A stretch of 64,000 nt of DNA from an uncultured virus (IMG/VR IMGVR_UViG_3300029305_011999) (Duplodnaviria > Heunggongvirae > Uroviricota > Caudoviricetes): the IMG/VR virus record IMGVR_UViG_3300029305_011999, one strand, 5' to 3'. The notes under the pieces are model-generated. The model ran no database searches. It saw nothing but the letters and a program-made list of their open reading frames with translations, and had not been told where the DNA came from. Below are positions 19,595 to 28,888 of this stretch, piece after piece; positions within the stretch are counted from its first letter, which is position 1; each line of letters opens with the position of its first letter. A program made the position numbers and the translations under genes.

Positions 19595-20353
19595 TTAATA
19601 TTTCATAAGATTGAGTCGTTCCATAAGGTCATCTACAGAACGGCCGGGTTTGACCTCCGGCTTTACCGGGGGTTCGGGTGCTTTGGCTTTTGCCACAGAC
19701 TTTGTTTTCGCGGTGATTTTATTGATGAGTGCCTTTTCCACCGCTTTGTCGGAGAACTCATAGGCAGGAACATCGGCTTCTCTCTTTTCATCGGTGAGGA
19801 TGTCATCGGCAAAGCCAAGTTCGATAGCCTTTTTAGCGTTCATCCAGGTTTCGCTGTCCATAAGGTGAGACAGCTTTGCACGGGAAAGATTGGTGCGAAT
19901 TTCATAAGCGTTGATGATGCTTTCCTTGACCTCATTGAGCATCTCGATTGCTTTCTGCATATCCTCGTGGTCACCGAATGCGCCGGTCATAGGATTGTGA
20001 ATCATCATAAGAGCCGTAGGAGCCATAAGCACCTTGGTGCCTGCCATTGCGATGACAGATGCCGCAGACGCTGCGATGCCATCAATCTTGACCGTAACAT
20101 TGCCTTTGTAGTCCATTAGCATGGAGTAAATCTGGCTTGCCGCTACACAGTCACCACCGGGCGAGTTGATCCAAACCGTTACATCACCATCGCCGGAGAG
20201 CAGTTCTTCTTTGAACATCCTGGGGGTGATGTCATCGTCAAACCAGCTTTCTTCTGCTATCGTGCCGTACAGCTCAAGGACTCGCTCTGCGGACTGTTCT
20301 TCGCTTGTTTCCAGGTTCGTCCACTTCCAGAACTTCTTCGCTTGGGTCTTCAT
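19595..20353 (-). CDS. ClpP-like prohead protease
   Basis: INSPGGD, GIAASAAS, MIHNP, ETWMNAKKAIELGFAD. Confidence 0.93.
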   Translation of the reverse strand: MKTQAKKFWKWTNLETSEEQSAERVLELYGTIAEESWFDDDITPRMFKEELLSGDGDVTVWINSPGGDCVAASQIYSMLMDYKGNVTVKIDGIAASAASVIAMAGTKVLMAPTALMMIHNPMTGAFGDHEDMQKAIEMLNEVKESIINAYEIRTNLSRAKLSHLMDSETWMNAKKAIELGFADDILTDEKREADVPAYEFSDKAVEKALINKITAKTKSVAKAKAPEPPVKPEVKPGRSVDDLMERLNLMKY

Positions 20354-21614
20354 TGGTTTCTGTTTCCTCCTTTTCTGTAGGTGTTATATTTGCAAAAGCC
20401 CCTGCGTTACCGAGCGGGAGCATATTGCCGTTGATAAGGTAAAGATCGCCACCTTGTTCGGCAGGAATTCTATCGAGGTTTTCCAGCTCACGAATGTCGT
20501 TTGCACTCATCCAGCCGTTCTGCCTTGCGATGGAATATCCGTTCATTCGGCTTTGATAATCACCACGGAGCAGACCCTCCAAATTAAACTTGATGAAATA
20601 TTCCTTCTTCTCATCAAGGGAAAGCAAAATACGCATCATCGATTGCTCCCAACGGATAATCCAGGGGTCGAGGGTGTATTTCACAAATTCAAGGGATTGC
20701 TGCTCAATATTAGAAAAGCTCGACTTTTCAAGGTCGCCCACCATATGAGGAGGCACCCTGAAAATTCGAGCAATTTCATTGATTTGGAATTTGCGTGTTT
20801 CAAGGAACTGTGCTTGTTCAGGAGAAATGGAAATCGGTGTGTACTTCATTCCTTCTTCCAAAACGGCCACCTTGCCGGTGTTTGCAGAACCACCAAACTG
20901 ACTCTGCCACGCATCACGCACACGGGCGGGGTCTTTGATTGTGCCGGGGTGTTCCAACACACCCGAAGGTGCTGCACCATTAGCGAAGAACTTGGCACCG
21001 AATTCCTCGCAGGCAATTGCCATACCGATAGCGTTTTTCGCCATCGCAATGGGACTGTAGCCCACAAGACCGTCAAAGCCAAGTCCGGGAATATGAAGAA
21101 CGTCGGAAGGCTTCAGCACAACGCTTGAACCTTCCATTGTGTGAGCCTCTTCATTTGCCCTTTGATAGGTGTAATACAGTTCGCCGTTTTCATCTCGGTC
21201 AACTGTCATTTTGTTCGGCATCAGCGGATACAACGCCACGACTTCACCTTTACCGTTGCGGATGATCTGTGCGTAAGCGTTACCCCAAAGGAGAAGGTGT
21301 GTCATCAAGGTTTCCCTAAATACAAACGAACTCATTTCGGGGTTGGGTTCATCGTGTAGTAAAAGGTAAAGCGGATGGTCGACTGCTTTTTCCTTGCCGC
21401 CGGAGTCGGTGTATCTGTATAGATGCAACGGAAGACCTGCAACCGCTTCTGCGAGAATTCTCACGCAGGAATATACGGCGGTCATTTGCATTGCTGACCT
21501 TTCATTTACGGGCTTGCCGGATGTTGAGCCACCCATATAAAAGGTGTAGGTGCTACCGACTGTTCTGTTTTGAGGCTTATCTCTTGAACGAAACAAGCCA
21601 CTGAAAATACCCAT
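20274..21614 (-). CDS. Portal protein, HK97 family
   Basis: AVYSCVRILAE, LLWGNAY, IARIFRVPP, NDIRELENL. Confidence 0.95.
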   Translation of the reverse strand: MGIFSGLFRSRDKPQNRTVGSTYTFYMGGSTSGKPVNERSAMQMTAVYSCVRILAEAVAGLPLHLYRYTDSGGKEKAVDHPLYLLLHDEPNPEMSSFVFRETLMTHLLLWGNAYAQIIRNGKGEVVALYPLMPNKMTVDRDENGELYYTYQRANEEAHTMEGSSVVLKPSDVLHIPGLGFDGLVGYSPIAMAKNAIGMAIACEEFGAKFFANGAAPSGVLEHPGTIKDPARVRDAWQSQFGGSANTGKVAVLEEGMKYTPISISPEQAQFLETRKFQINEIARIFRVPPHMVGDLEKSSFSNIEQQSLEFVKYTLDPWIIRWEQSMMRILLSLDEKKEYFIKFNLEGLLRGDYQSRMNGYSIARQNGWMSANDIRELENLDRIPAEQGGDLYLINGNMLPLGNAGAFANITPTEKEETETNEDPSEEVLEVDEPGNKRRTVRRASP

Positions 21615-21628
21615 TCAACTCACTCCTC

Positions 21629-23230
21629 TCATACAAACAAAATGCCTCGGTCGTCATATACCGAAGCAGTAGTATCATTGCCACAGCGAATCGCACGGTC
21701 GAGCGCCATAATGGTTGCAACAGCACCGTCAATTTTTTCTGTGGACTTTTCTTTGTCCGGCTTGATGTTTCCCGCCGGGTCGGTGCGAATGAAGATGTTA
21801 TCCATCATCCATCGAAGAACTGGATGTCCTCCGTGGGCGATCTTTTCTTCAAGCACCAGTTTCATTAGTTCCTTTGTAGGCGGAGACATATCTTTGAAGC
21901 CTTGACCGAAAGGAACAACAGTGAATCCCATACCCTCAAGGTTCTGCACCATCTGCACAGCACCCCAACGGTCAAATGCGATTTCACGGATGTTGTACTT
22001 CTCGCCGAGCCGTTCTATGAACTTCTCAATGTATCCGTAGTGAACAACGTTGCCTTCGGTGGTTTGCAAGAAGCCTTGTCGTTCCCATATATCGTATGGA
22101 ACATGGTCTCTGCGAACACGAAGGTCAATGTTGTCTTCGGGTATCCAAAAGTACGGAAGGATGATATATTTGTCGTCATCATTGCCGGGTGGAAAGACAA
22201 GCACCAATGCTGTGATGTCCGATGTGGATGAAAGGTCAAGACCTCCGTAGCAAACACGGCCTTCAAGTTCATCCTCATCGGTTGCGAAAGCACATTTATC
22301 CCATTTTTCCATAGGCATCCAACGCACCGCTTGTTTTACCCATTGGTTCAAACGGAGTTGCCTAAACGAGTTCTCCTCGCCGGGATTTTGCTTTGCGGAT
22401 TCGCAAGCATCACGCACCTTATCTATGGCAACCGTAATACCAAGAGAGGGGTTTGCTTTCTTCCAGGTCTTGGGGTCAGTCCAATCGTCCGCCTCATCCG
22501 CACCGTAGATAACGGGATAAAATGTGTGGTCGATTTTTCTGCCTTCGATGATGTCCTTTGCTTTTTGGTGGATCTCATAACAGATTGACTTGGTGTCGTT
22601 TCCCGCCGTAGTAATAAGAAAGTACAGCGGTTGCATTCGAGCATCACCGGAGCCCTTGGTCATAACATCAAACAGCTTTCGGTTCGGCTGCGTGTGCAAC
22701 TCATCAAAAACAACGCCGTGAGTATTGAAACCGTGCTTGTTGCCAACGTCAGCGGAAAGCACTTGATAGATACTTCCCGTAGGCTGATAGATGATTCGCT
22801 TTTGGGAGTCCAGAATTTTTACTCTCTTGGAGAGTGCCGGACACATACGAACCATATCAGCAGCCACATTGAAAACGATGGATGCTTGCTGTCGGTCGGC
22901 AGCACAGCCGTAAACCTCGGCGCGTTCTTCTCCGTCACCACAAGTCAAAAGCAGAGCCACGGCTGCCGCCAATTCCGACTTGCCTTGCTTCTTGGGTATT
23001 TCAATGTAGGCTGTATTGAACTGTCGGTATCCGTTTGGCTTGAGCGTTCCGAACACATCACGGATGATTTGCTCTTGCCAATCGATAAGTTCAAAGGGTT
23101 TTCTTGCCCAGGTACCTTTGGTGTGACAGAGGCTTTCGATAAAGGCGACCGCATAATCAGCAGAAGCTTTATCGTAGTAGGAGCCTTTGGTCATAAACCG
23201 AGTCGGCTTATACTTTTTCAGTTTTCTGAT
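21629..23230 (-). CDS. terL: Terminase large subunit (first ATG at 23194; probable true start is ATC at 23230)
   Basis: IPKKQGKS Walker A, VVFDELH Walker B, GGLDLS and KIDGAVA nuclease motifs. Confidence 0.95.
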   Translation of the reverse strand: MRKLKKYKPTRFMTKGSYYDKASADYAVAFIESLCHTKGTWARKPFELIDWQEQIIRDVFGTLKPNGYRQFNTAYIEIPKKQGKSELAAAVALLLTCGDGEERAEVYGCAADRQQASIVFNVAADMVRMCPALSKRVKILDSQKRIIYQPTGSIYQVLSADVGNKHGFNTHGVVFDELHTQPNRKLFDVMTKGSGDARMQPLYFLITTAGNDTKSICYEIHQKAKDIIEGRKIDHTFYPVIYGADEADDWTDPKTWKKANPSLGITVAIDKVRDACESAKQNPGEENSFRQLRLNQWVKQAVRWMPMEKWDKCAFATDEDELEGRVCYGGLDLSSTSDITALVLVFPPGNDDDKYIILPYFWIPEDNIDLRVRRDHVPYDIWERQGFLQTTEGNVVHYGYIEKFIERLGEKYNIREIAFDRWGAVQMVQNLEGMGFTVVPFGQGFKDMSPPTKELMKLVLEEKIAHGGHPVLRWMMDNIFIRTDPAGNIKPDKEKSTEKIDGAVATIMALDRAIRCGNDTTASVYDDRGILFV

Positions 23231-23338
23231 ATGCGTTCACCTCCTTAAAATGGTATAAAAAATAGCCGCCACCAAATGTTGCGACTTGCCTTATACGAGG
23301 AACAGAGCCTCACGGCTCTATCCCAGGGTTATTGGGTT

Positions 23339-23566
23339 TTAGTAGTTGTTGCCGTGGAGCAGGATTTCCAATGCAAACTGGGTGTCGGGGTCAGTGGGCT
23401 TGATGTCCCAACCTCTGTCGTAGTTGCAGACGACCTTACCGTCTCGCTTAAGCATCAGCTTGCTGACCTTGCCACCTTCGATACCGAACTTGGAAGGCTC
23501 GTCAAAAACCTTCAGCCAGTAATGAAATATGCTGTTATAAACCTTAAGACTACCTTCTTGCCACAT
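23339..23566 (-). CDS. Hypothetical phage protein
   Basis: SKFGIEGGKVSKL...NYDRGWD; RBS-like sequence upstream. Confidence 0.7.
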   Translation of the reverse strand: MWQEGSLKVYNSIFHYWLKVFDEPSKFGIEGGKVSKLMLKRDGKVVCNYDRGWDIKPTDPDTQFALEILLHGNNY

Positions 23567-23577
23567 TTTCTGCCCCC

Positions 23578-23940
23578 TTAAATGCTCATCATACGAATGG
23601 CAGGAATGCGGGGGCGTTCGTTTGTCTGCCAATCGGTGTAGTTTGCGTTGACTTCGGTCAACCCTGCGATTTTGAAACCGTGTTTCTCGAAGGCTGCCAG
23701 AGTGGGAATGAGGCTTGAGAAGGTGCTGCTGATAGTAAACTCGGTGACTCCATTATCTTTGAAGGTTTTAGCGATTGCCTCAATGTCCTCATTCCAAATG
23801 ACCTCGGAAAAATCAATAAGGTCATTTTCGGCATCGTTGCTCCTGCGGTATGCCCAAAAGGCTGCGGCGCAAATGCCATAATCGGTAAGGCTTGCTGCCT
23901 TTTCCGTGATGGCTCTTTCAAAAAGTTCAATTTTCTTCAT
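23578..23940 (-). CDS. Hypothetical phage protein
   Basis: GGAGG RBS; own promoter upstream. Confidence 0.7.
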   Translation of the reverse strand: MKKIELFERAITEKAASLTDYGICAAAFWAYRRSNDAENDLIDFSEVIWNEDIEAIAKTFKDNGVTEFTISSTFSSLIPTLAAFEKHGFKIAGLTEVNANYTDWQTNERPRIPAIRMMSI

Positions 23941-23973
23941 GGTGTGTACCTCCGTTTGTTTTGTTGTGAGTGT

Positions 23974-24002
23974 ATATTACCGTCATAATCGAAATATATC
24001 CA
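23974..24002 (-). promoter_or_regulatory. Moron-type promoter, copy A
   Basis: TGGATA-17 bp-TAATAT with TGACGG before the -10; near-identical to 25295-25323. Confidence 0.6.
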
Positions 24003-24063
24003 GTCATTTTGCGATAATAAACTACACAATCTTTGAGGGTAAATACTGTGTATATTACAGCAT

Positions 24064-24240
24064 TTATCTGTCCCCATAAAGGATGAAGTTCACATACTCC
24101 TTGCGATTATCCTCAAGGTAAATAACCAGCTCGTAAAAGTTCATATCGTGTGCGATTCGCTGAACCGCATTGATATCAAACATATTGGTAATCCCCGTAT
24201 CACGGACGGCAAGAATCTGTTCGCGGACCTTATCACTCAT
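24064..24240 (-). CDS. Small conserved phage protein (DUF5049-like)
   Basis: EQILAVRDTGITNMFD. Confidence 0.7.
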   Translation of the reverse strand: MSDKVREQILAVRDTGITNMFDINAVQRIAHDMNFYELVIYLEDNRKEYVNFILYGDR

Positions 24241-24472
24241 CATCCTTGACCACCTTTCTACAAGAGTCTTCACCATAGGCTACGCCAAGGGAGCTTCCGC
24301 AATCCCAGGTTACGTGAATGGTGCCTGCATCATCAACACATCTTACTGTACCACGGCAGCCGGGGACCAATTTGGTGTTATAGGGGTCGTTCATATGGAT
24401 GAGTTCTACACGAGTTCCAGCGGGAAATCTCTCCTTAAGGCTTTTTAACGTAGCTTCGCTGATTCCAAACAT
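24233..24472 (-). CDS. DUF4314-like protein
   Basis: FPAGTRVELIHMNDPY...VDDAGTIHVTWDCGSSL. Confidence 0.75.
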   Translation of the reverse strand: MFGISEATLKSLKERFPAGTRVELIHMNDPYNTKLVPGCRGTVRCVDDAGTIHVTWDCGSSLGVAYGEDSCRKVVKDDE

Positions 24473-25263
24473 TACTGTTCCTCCTTATATTCTGATACTT
24501 CGCAAAATTCGCTTCCGTGGTCTTTTGCGATTGCCCACGCCATTTTTTGTGCTTTTTGGTCGTTTTCGGCTTTGAATATTTTGAAATTATCATTGTCGAG
24601 TTCCACCTTGTACTTCTTCATTTTGAAGGCCGAGCTTCCTTCCAGGTTGCGGAGCAGAATCTTTCGCTCGGTCTTATATTCATCACCGATGAAGCCAAGG
24701 CGAAGGAGAAAGCAGCGGAAAGCGTACTTTTCGTTATCAACCGGTTTCTCGGTTGTGTTGATTCGCTTCTGAGTCTTTGCCATTTCGCAAAGTGCGGAAA
24801 CAAAATGCATATAGGCTTTGATTTCCTCTGGGGAGCTATCCGTAGCGAACCAAGGGAAATCCAAACGCTCACCAATAAGGTTTATTGGCAAGTCATCTAC
24901 GCCAAGTGCCTTCTTAATCAAAGCGCCCTTTGTTTCAACCAGGTCGAAAAGGTTTTGAAGCGAGGCTTCGGTAAACTCTGCCATCGGAATTTGAATGGCA
25001 ATGCCCTTAACTTCATCTTCATCGATATGGCTTTGGTCGATATCGAAGTTCTCATCGTAAAGGTGTTCGAGAAGCCTTTCGATAACCTCGCTGTCGGCAC
25101 TGTCATCGAAGTGAAGGCTGCCGTTCTTGTCGATGGTGAAGTAATCCACCTCGTAATTGAATGTGGGCGCTCCGCAGTATTTGACCGGCATATCGAGCCA
25201 TTTGGAAATGGTCAATACCAGGCGTTTGCGTTCAGCGCCTTGTGCGTTGATGCGTACTGTCAT
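24472..25263 (-). CDS. Conserved phage protein (often annotated 'virulence-related')
   Basis: NEKYAFRCFLLRLGFIGDEYK...LLRNLEGSSAF. Confidence 0.7.
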   Translation of the reverse strand: MTVRINAQGAERKRLVLTISKWLDMPVKYCGAPTFNYEVDYFTIDKNGSLHFDDSADSEVIERLLEHLYDENFDIDQSHIDEDEVKGIAIQIPMAEFTEASLQNLFDLVETKGALIKKALGVDDLPINLIGERLDFPWFATDSSPEEIKAYMHFVSALCEMAKTQKRINTTEKPVDNEKYAFRCFLLRLGFIGDEYKTERKILLRNLEGSSAFKMKKYKVELDNDNFKIFKAENDQKAQKMAWAIAKDHGSEFCEVSEYKEEQ

Positions 25264-25294
25264 AAACTGTGACCTCCTTTAATTTGGTAGTCAC

Positions 25295-25323
25295 ATATTA
25301 CCGTCATGTTCTGTATATATCCA
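25295..25323 (-). promoter_or_regulatory. Moron-type promoter, copy B
   Basis: TGGATA-17 bp-TAATAT with TGACGG. Confidence 0.6.
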
Positions 25324-25350
25324 GTCATTTCTGCACATTTGGGGTGTAGA

Positions 25351-27666
25351 TTATACAGCCTCATTTTCGGCCGTATTTTGTGTACACCACACAATGCCGG
25401 AAAGAACGAAATAAACGCACGGCAATGCAACTCCGTTACCCCACATCTTATATTCGGCAGCGTCGGAATACGGGTTTTTGAGCCACTTGGCTATTTGCTT
25501 GAGGGTTTTCGGCTTTGTAGATCCACCGACAATCTTGCGATGGGTTTCAAAGACATCGTACCAATAACGAATATCATCCATAGTGGGTTCGGCTGTTCCA
25601 AGGTTGGAACACCACCAATCGGGAAAGCCTTGTAATCTCGCACACTCAACAGGAGTAAGTCTGCGGACGGTATATCCCGCCTCCATCACTCCGTTGTGAT
25701 GACCGGGGCAAGTTCCGTTTACAAGAGTGTTGCCACAGTTCTCAAGGAAGTACTGCCCAACATCACGGCTGGCAGAGGGATCGAAACCATAAGGCTCTGC
25801 GATAGCTCCGGGTCCTTTCGCAACAAGCGTAGGCTGCAGTTCTTCAGCAAAGCTCGGTGCAAACTTGGCGTTTTTACCTTGGTTAAAAGTGTCTCTGCCA
25901 ATGCCATAGCATACAGCATTAGGGTCTTTGAAATCACGAGCCATCAAGGTTGGCGACTGGTCTTTAGTCACCTGGGTAAAACTTCCCGTTGTCATAGCAT
26001 AGACAGCGTGGCGGTCAACTGTGTTCAGCGTATACATCACATCGGTTTCCTTGAAACCATCGCCTTGGTGAGAAGGTCTTGCTCCGTTGCCCTCGATAGC
26101 ATAGGTTTTACCTTGAACACATACAGCGGGTTCACCACCGTGGGTGCAAGTAAGGGTTGGAGACATCTCCTCGGTAACGTTACACGCAGATTTGCCACCG
26201 CCTTGGTCTACACAAACAACAGCAATGCCGCCTTGATTACAACCGGGGTTTCCACCGTTGCCATCGAGAGTTCGTGCAGTGTCAGCTTCGTAAATGCCAC
26301 TGCGAGGATTGGAAGATTTCATTGCGTTGCTGTCCTTGGAACTGATACCGAAGGCTTGAAGAACGCAGTTGAAATGATTTTTGTCGGGCATTCGCTGATT
26401 GCCACCTGCGTTGTGTGCAGTGAGAGTGGATGCAGTTTGTTCTCCATTCCAATTGCAAGGTTCAAAAAGCGTCTGGTCGTTGTTGCAGGAGAGGGTTGCC
26501 GATTTGTTCTCTTGAACTAATGCACCCTTGCCGCCACCTTCACAGCCGCAGCGGATTTTCATAACGAGAGGAACATTGCCTCCACCGGTTCCCATACGAG
26601 AAGTAAGGGTTTGCACCTTATCATCATCGGAGAGAGTTACACGGCTGTCTGCCGGATGATTCTCCAAAGCAACTGTCGCAGGGACAACGCCAGCACGAAG
26701 CGTAGGAGAACGGCCTTCCTCATAGCCGATGGTTCTGCTCTTGGCGGAATGCTCGGTGCAGAACCCGGCAGCATCCATTACGCACGGAGGATGATGCGCC
26801 TCGGCACGGAGGGTGCAAGTAACGTCATCGGTAACATCCATACGATTACCTCCCTGGTCGTTGAGAACGATTCCGTTTCTGCCGGTACTCATTCCACAGT
26901 TTACACCAAGGGTGGCGGATACACTGTCGGTTAAATCTCCGTTGTAGCCATCGAAGCCTGACGCTCCAATGCAACTCGTAACACTTCCGGCAGCTCTTTG
27001 CCACGCACGGAAGCTCTCCGCAGAATACCCTGACAGGCCTTCTGACTTAAATAATACTTCTCCGGCACTCCTGCCTGCAAAATCTGCGACAAGGTAGATA
27101 CGGCGTCTTCTTTGGGGGACTCCCCAATATTGAGCATCGAGAGTTCTGTAAGCAACGCTCCATCCGTCTCCCAGGTAGCAGTCGGCATAAGGCCATCTTG
27201 CTTTTTCAGGCATAGGCACCTGGGCGGTCGGCTCGACGACCCCGATGACCGCTTCGAGGACGGCTTTGAAATCTTCTCCGCCGTTTGAGGAGAATGCGCC
27301 GGGGACATTCTCCCACACGATGTATCTTGGGTATTTGCCATTGGTGGCACACCTCATTTCTTTAATGATTCGGATGGCTTCATAAAAAAGAGACGACCTT
27401 GAACCATCAAGGCCATCTCGTTTGCCCGCCACCGACATATCCTGGCAGGGCGAGCCAAAGGTTATAATATCTACGGGTTCGACCTTTCCGCCATCCATTT
27501 TGGAAATATCACCGTAGTGTTTCATAAAGGGCAGCCGTTTGGAAGTTACCCTTATAGGAAACGGCTCGATCTCCGAACTCCAAATAGGAGTGATACCGGA
27601 CATCAAGCCGCCTAAAGGGAAACCGCCGGAGCCATCAAACAAGCTACCGAGAGTAAGATTATTCAT
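25351..27666 (-). CDS. DNA cytosine-5 methyltransferase with very long variable region
   Basis: SLFDGSGG (motif I), GSPCQD (IV), WENVPG (VI), QRRRRIY (VIII), RRLTPVECARLQGFP (IX), YKMWGNGV (X). Confidence 0.93.
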   Translation of the reverse strand: MNNLTLGSLFDGSGGFPLGGLMSGITPIWSSEIEPFPIRVTSKRLPFMKHYGDISKMDGGKVEPVDIITFGSPCQDMSVAGKRDGLDGSRSSLFYEAIRIIKEMRCATNGKYPRYIVWENVPGAFSSNGGEDFKAVLEAVIGVVEPTAQVPMPEKARWPYADCYLGDGWSVAYRTLDAQYWGVPQRRRRIYLVADFAGRSAGEVLFKSEGLSGYSAESFRAWQRAAGSVTSCIGASGFDGYNGDLTDSVSATLGVNCGMSTGRNGIVLNDQGGNRMDVTDDVTCTLRAEAHHPPCVMDAAGFCTEHSAKSRTIGYEEGRSPTLRAGVVPATVALENHPADSRVTLSDDDKVQTLTSRMGTGGGNVPLVMKIRCGCEGGGKGALVQENKSATLSCNNDQTLFEPCNWNGEQTASTLTAHNAGGNQRMPDKNHFNCVLQAFGISSKDSNAMKSSNPRSGIYEADTARTLDGNGGNPGCNQGGIAVVCVDQGGGKSACNVTEEMSPTLTCTHGGEPAVCVQGKTYAIEGNGARPSHQGDGFKETDVMYTLNTVDRHAVYAMTTGSFTQVTKDQSPTLMARDFKDPNAVCYGIGRDTFNQGKNAKFAPSFAEELQPTLVAKGPGAIAEPYGFDPSASRDVGQYFLENCGNTLVNGTCPGHHNGVMEAGYTVRRLTPVECARLQGFPDWWCSNLGTAEPTMDDIRYWYDVFETHRKIVGGSTKPKTLKQIAKWLKNPYSDAAEYKMWGNGVALPCVYFVLSGIVWCTQNTAENEAV
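26931..27341 (-). CDS. Nested out-of-frame ORF resembling the beta polypeptide of split C5 methyltransferases
   Basis: Own SD GAGGTG 8 nt before the ATG at 27341; TLSQILQ..VPEKYYLSQKACQGILRRA..RGKELP. Confidence 0.7.
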   Translation of the reverse strand: MANTQDTSCGRMSPAHSPQTAEKISKPSSKRSSGSSSRPPRCLCLKKQDGLMPTATWETDGALLTELSMLNIGESPKEDAVSTLSQILQAGVPEKYYLSQKACQGILRRASVRGKELPEVLRVALERQASMATTEI

Positions 27667-28888
27667 TTGCGACCTCCTCATACTTGTAGGTCAATCCATC
27701 GCGCTGAACGGTTACGCCTTCCGTGCTACCGACCTGCTCGATGTATCTCTTTACGATTACATCGCAGAACTTTTCATCAAGTTCAATGGTGTAGCAAATG
27801 CGTTCGGTCTGTTCACAAGCAATCAAGGTACTGCCGGACCCACCAAAGGGGTCAAGCACAACCGAGTTACTCATCGTGGAATTCATAATGGGATAAGCAA
27901 GCAGAGGGATAGGTTTCATTGTGGGATGGTCGCCATTCTTTTTAGGCTTGTCAAACTCCCAAATGGTAGTTTCCTTTCTGCCAGAATACCACTGGTGTTT
28001 GCCTTTCTTCTTCCAACCGAAAAGGCAAGGTTCGTGCTGCCACTGATAAGGAGAACGACCTAACACAAGAGACGGTTTCTTCCAAATGCAACAGCCGGAT
28101 AGATTGAATCCGGCATCGTCAAATGCCTTGCGGAAAGTAAGACCTTCCGTGTCAGCGTGGAATACGTAAATAGAACCATCATCCACCAACGCAGAGTGCA
28201 TCTGCTTATAGGCGGCCAAGATAAATTCATAGAACGCTTCCTTGGACATATTGTCGTTTTTGATTTTGCCTGCCGAACCTTCGTAGTTCACGTTGTAAGG
28301 CGGGTCGGTCAAAATCAAGTTTGCCTTGGTATTGCCCATCAGCATTTCATAAGTTTCAGGCTTGGTGCTATCACCGCATATTAAATGGTGTCTGCCGAGT
28401 GTCCAAATATCACCGGACTTTGAAAAGGTAGGCTTTTCAAGCTCGGCACTGACATCGAAGGCATCTTCTTTAACATCATCTTTGAGGGTGTCTTTGAAGA
28501 GAGCATCAATTTCAGTGGCTTCAAATCCCGTGAGGGTTACGTCAAAGTCGGCACCCTGCAAATCAGCAATAAGCAATGCCAACTTATCCTTGTCCCAATC
28601 ACCGGAGATTTTGTTCAGTGCCACATTGAGCGCCTTTTCCTGTTCTTCGGACATCTCAACAACAACGCATTCAACCTCGGTCATTCCCATATCAATGAGA
28701 ACTTTTAGGCGCTGGTGTCCACCTACGACTCTGCCGGTGGTTTTGTTCCAAATGACAGGCTCGACATAACCGAACTGTTCAATGGAACGTTTCAGCTTTT
28801 CATATTCTGCATCACCGGGTTTAAGGTCTTTTCGGGGGTTATAATCCGCAGGCAAAAGGTCGGCAGTATTTTTCTTTTCAATAATCAT
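27659..28888 (-). CDS. ParB-like N-terminus + N6A/N4C DNA methyltransferase
   Basis: YNPRK...GGHQRL ParB-like; TDPPYN, HPTMKP, LDPFGGSGS. Confidence 0.92.
   Translation of the reverse strand: MIIEKKNTADLLPADYNPRKDLKPGDAEYEKLKRSIEQFGYVEPVIWNKTTGRVVGGHQRLKVLIDMGMTEVECVVVEMSEEQEKALNVALNKISGDWDKDKLALLIADLQGADFDVTLTGFEATEIDALFKDTLKDDVKEDAFDVSAELEKPTFSKSGDIWTLGRHHLICGDSTKPETYEMLMGNTKANLILTDPPYNVNYEGSAGKIKNDNMSKEAFYEFILAAYKQMHSALVDDGSIYVFHADTEGLTFRKAFDDAGFNLSGCCIWKKPSLVLGRSPYQWQHEPCLFGWKKKGKHQWYSGRKETTIWEFDKPKKNGDHPTMKPIPLLAYPIMNSTMSNSVVLDPFGGSGSTLIACEQTERICYTIELDEKFCDVIVKRYIEQVGSTEGVTVQRDGLTYKYEEVANE

Noticed and set aside
18622..21128. Long plus-strand ORFs antisense to capsid and portal (328 aa, 320 aa), and similar shadows over the tape measure, MTase and defence genes
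   Set aside because: Antisense shadows of strongly supported genes, with no motifs or RBS; explained by codon bias
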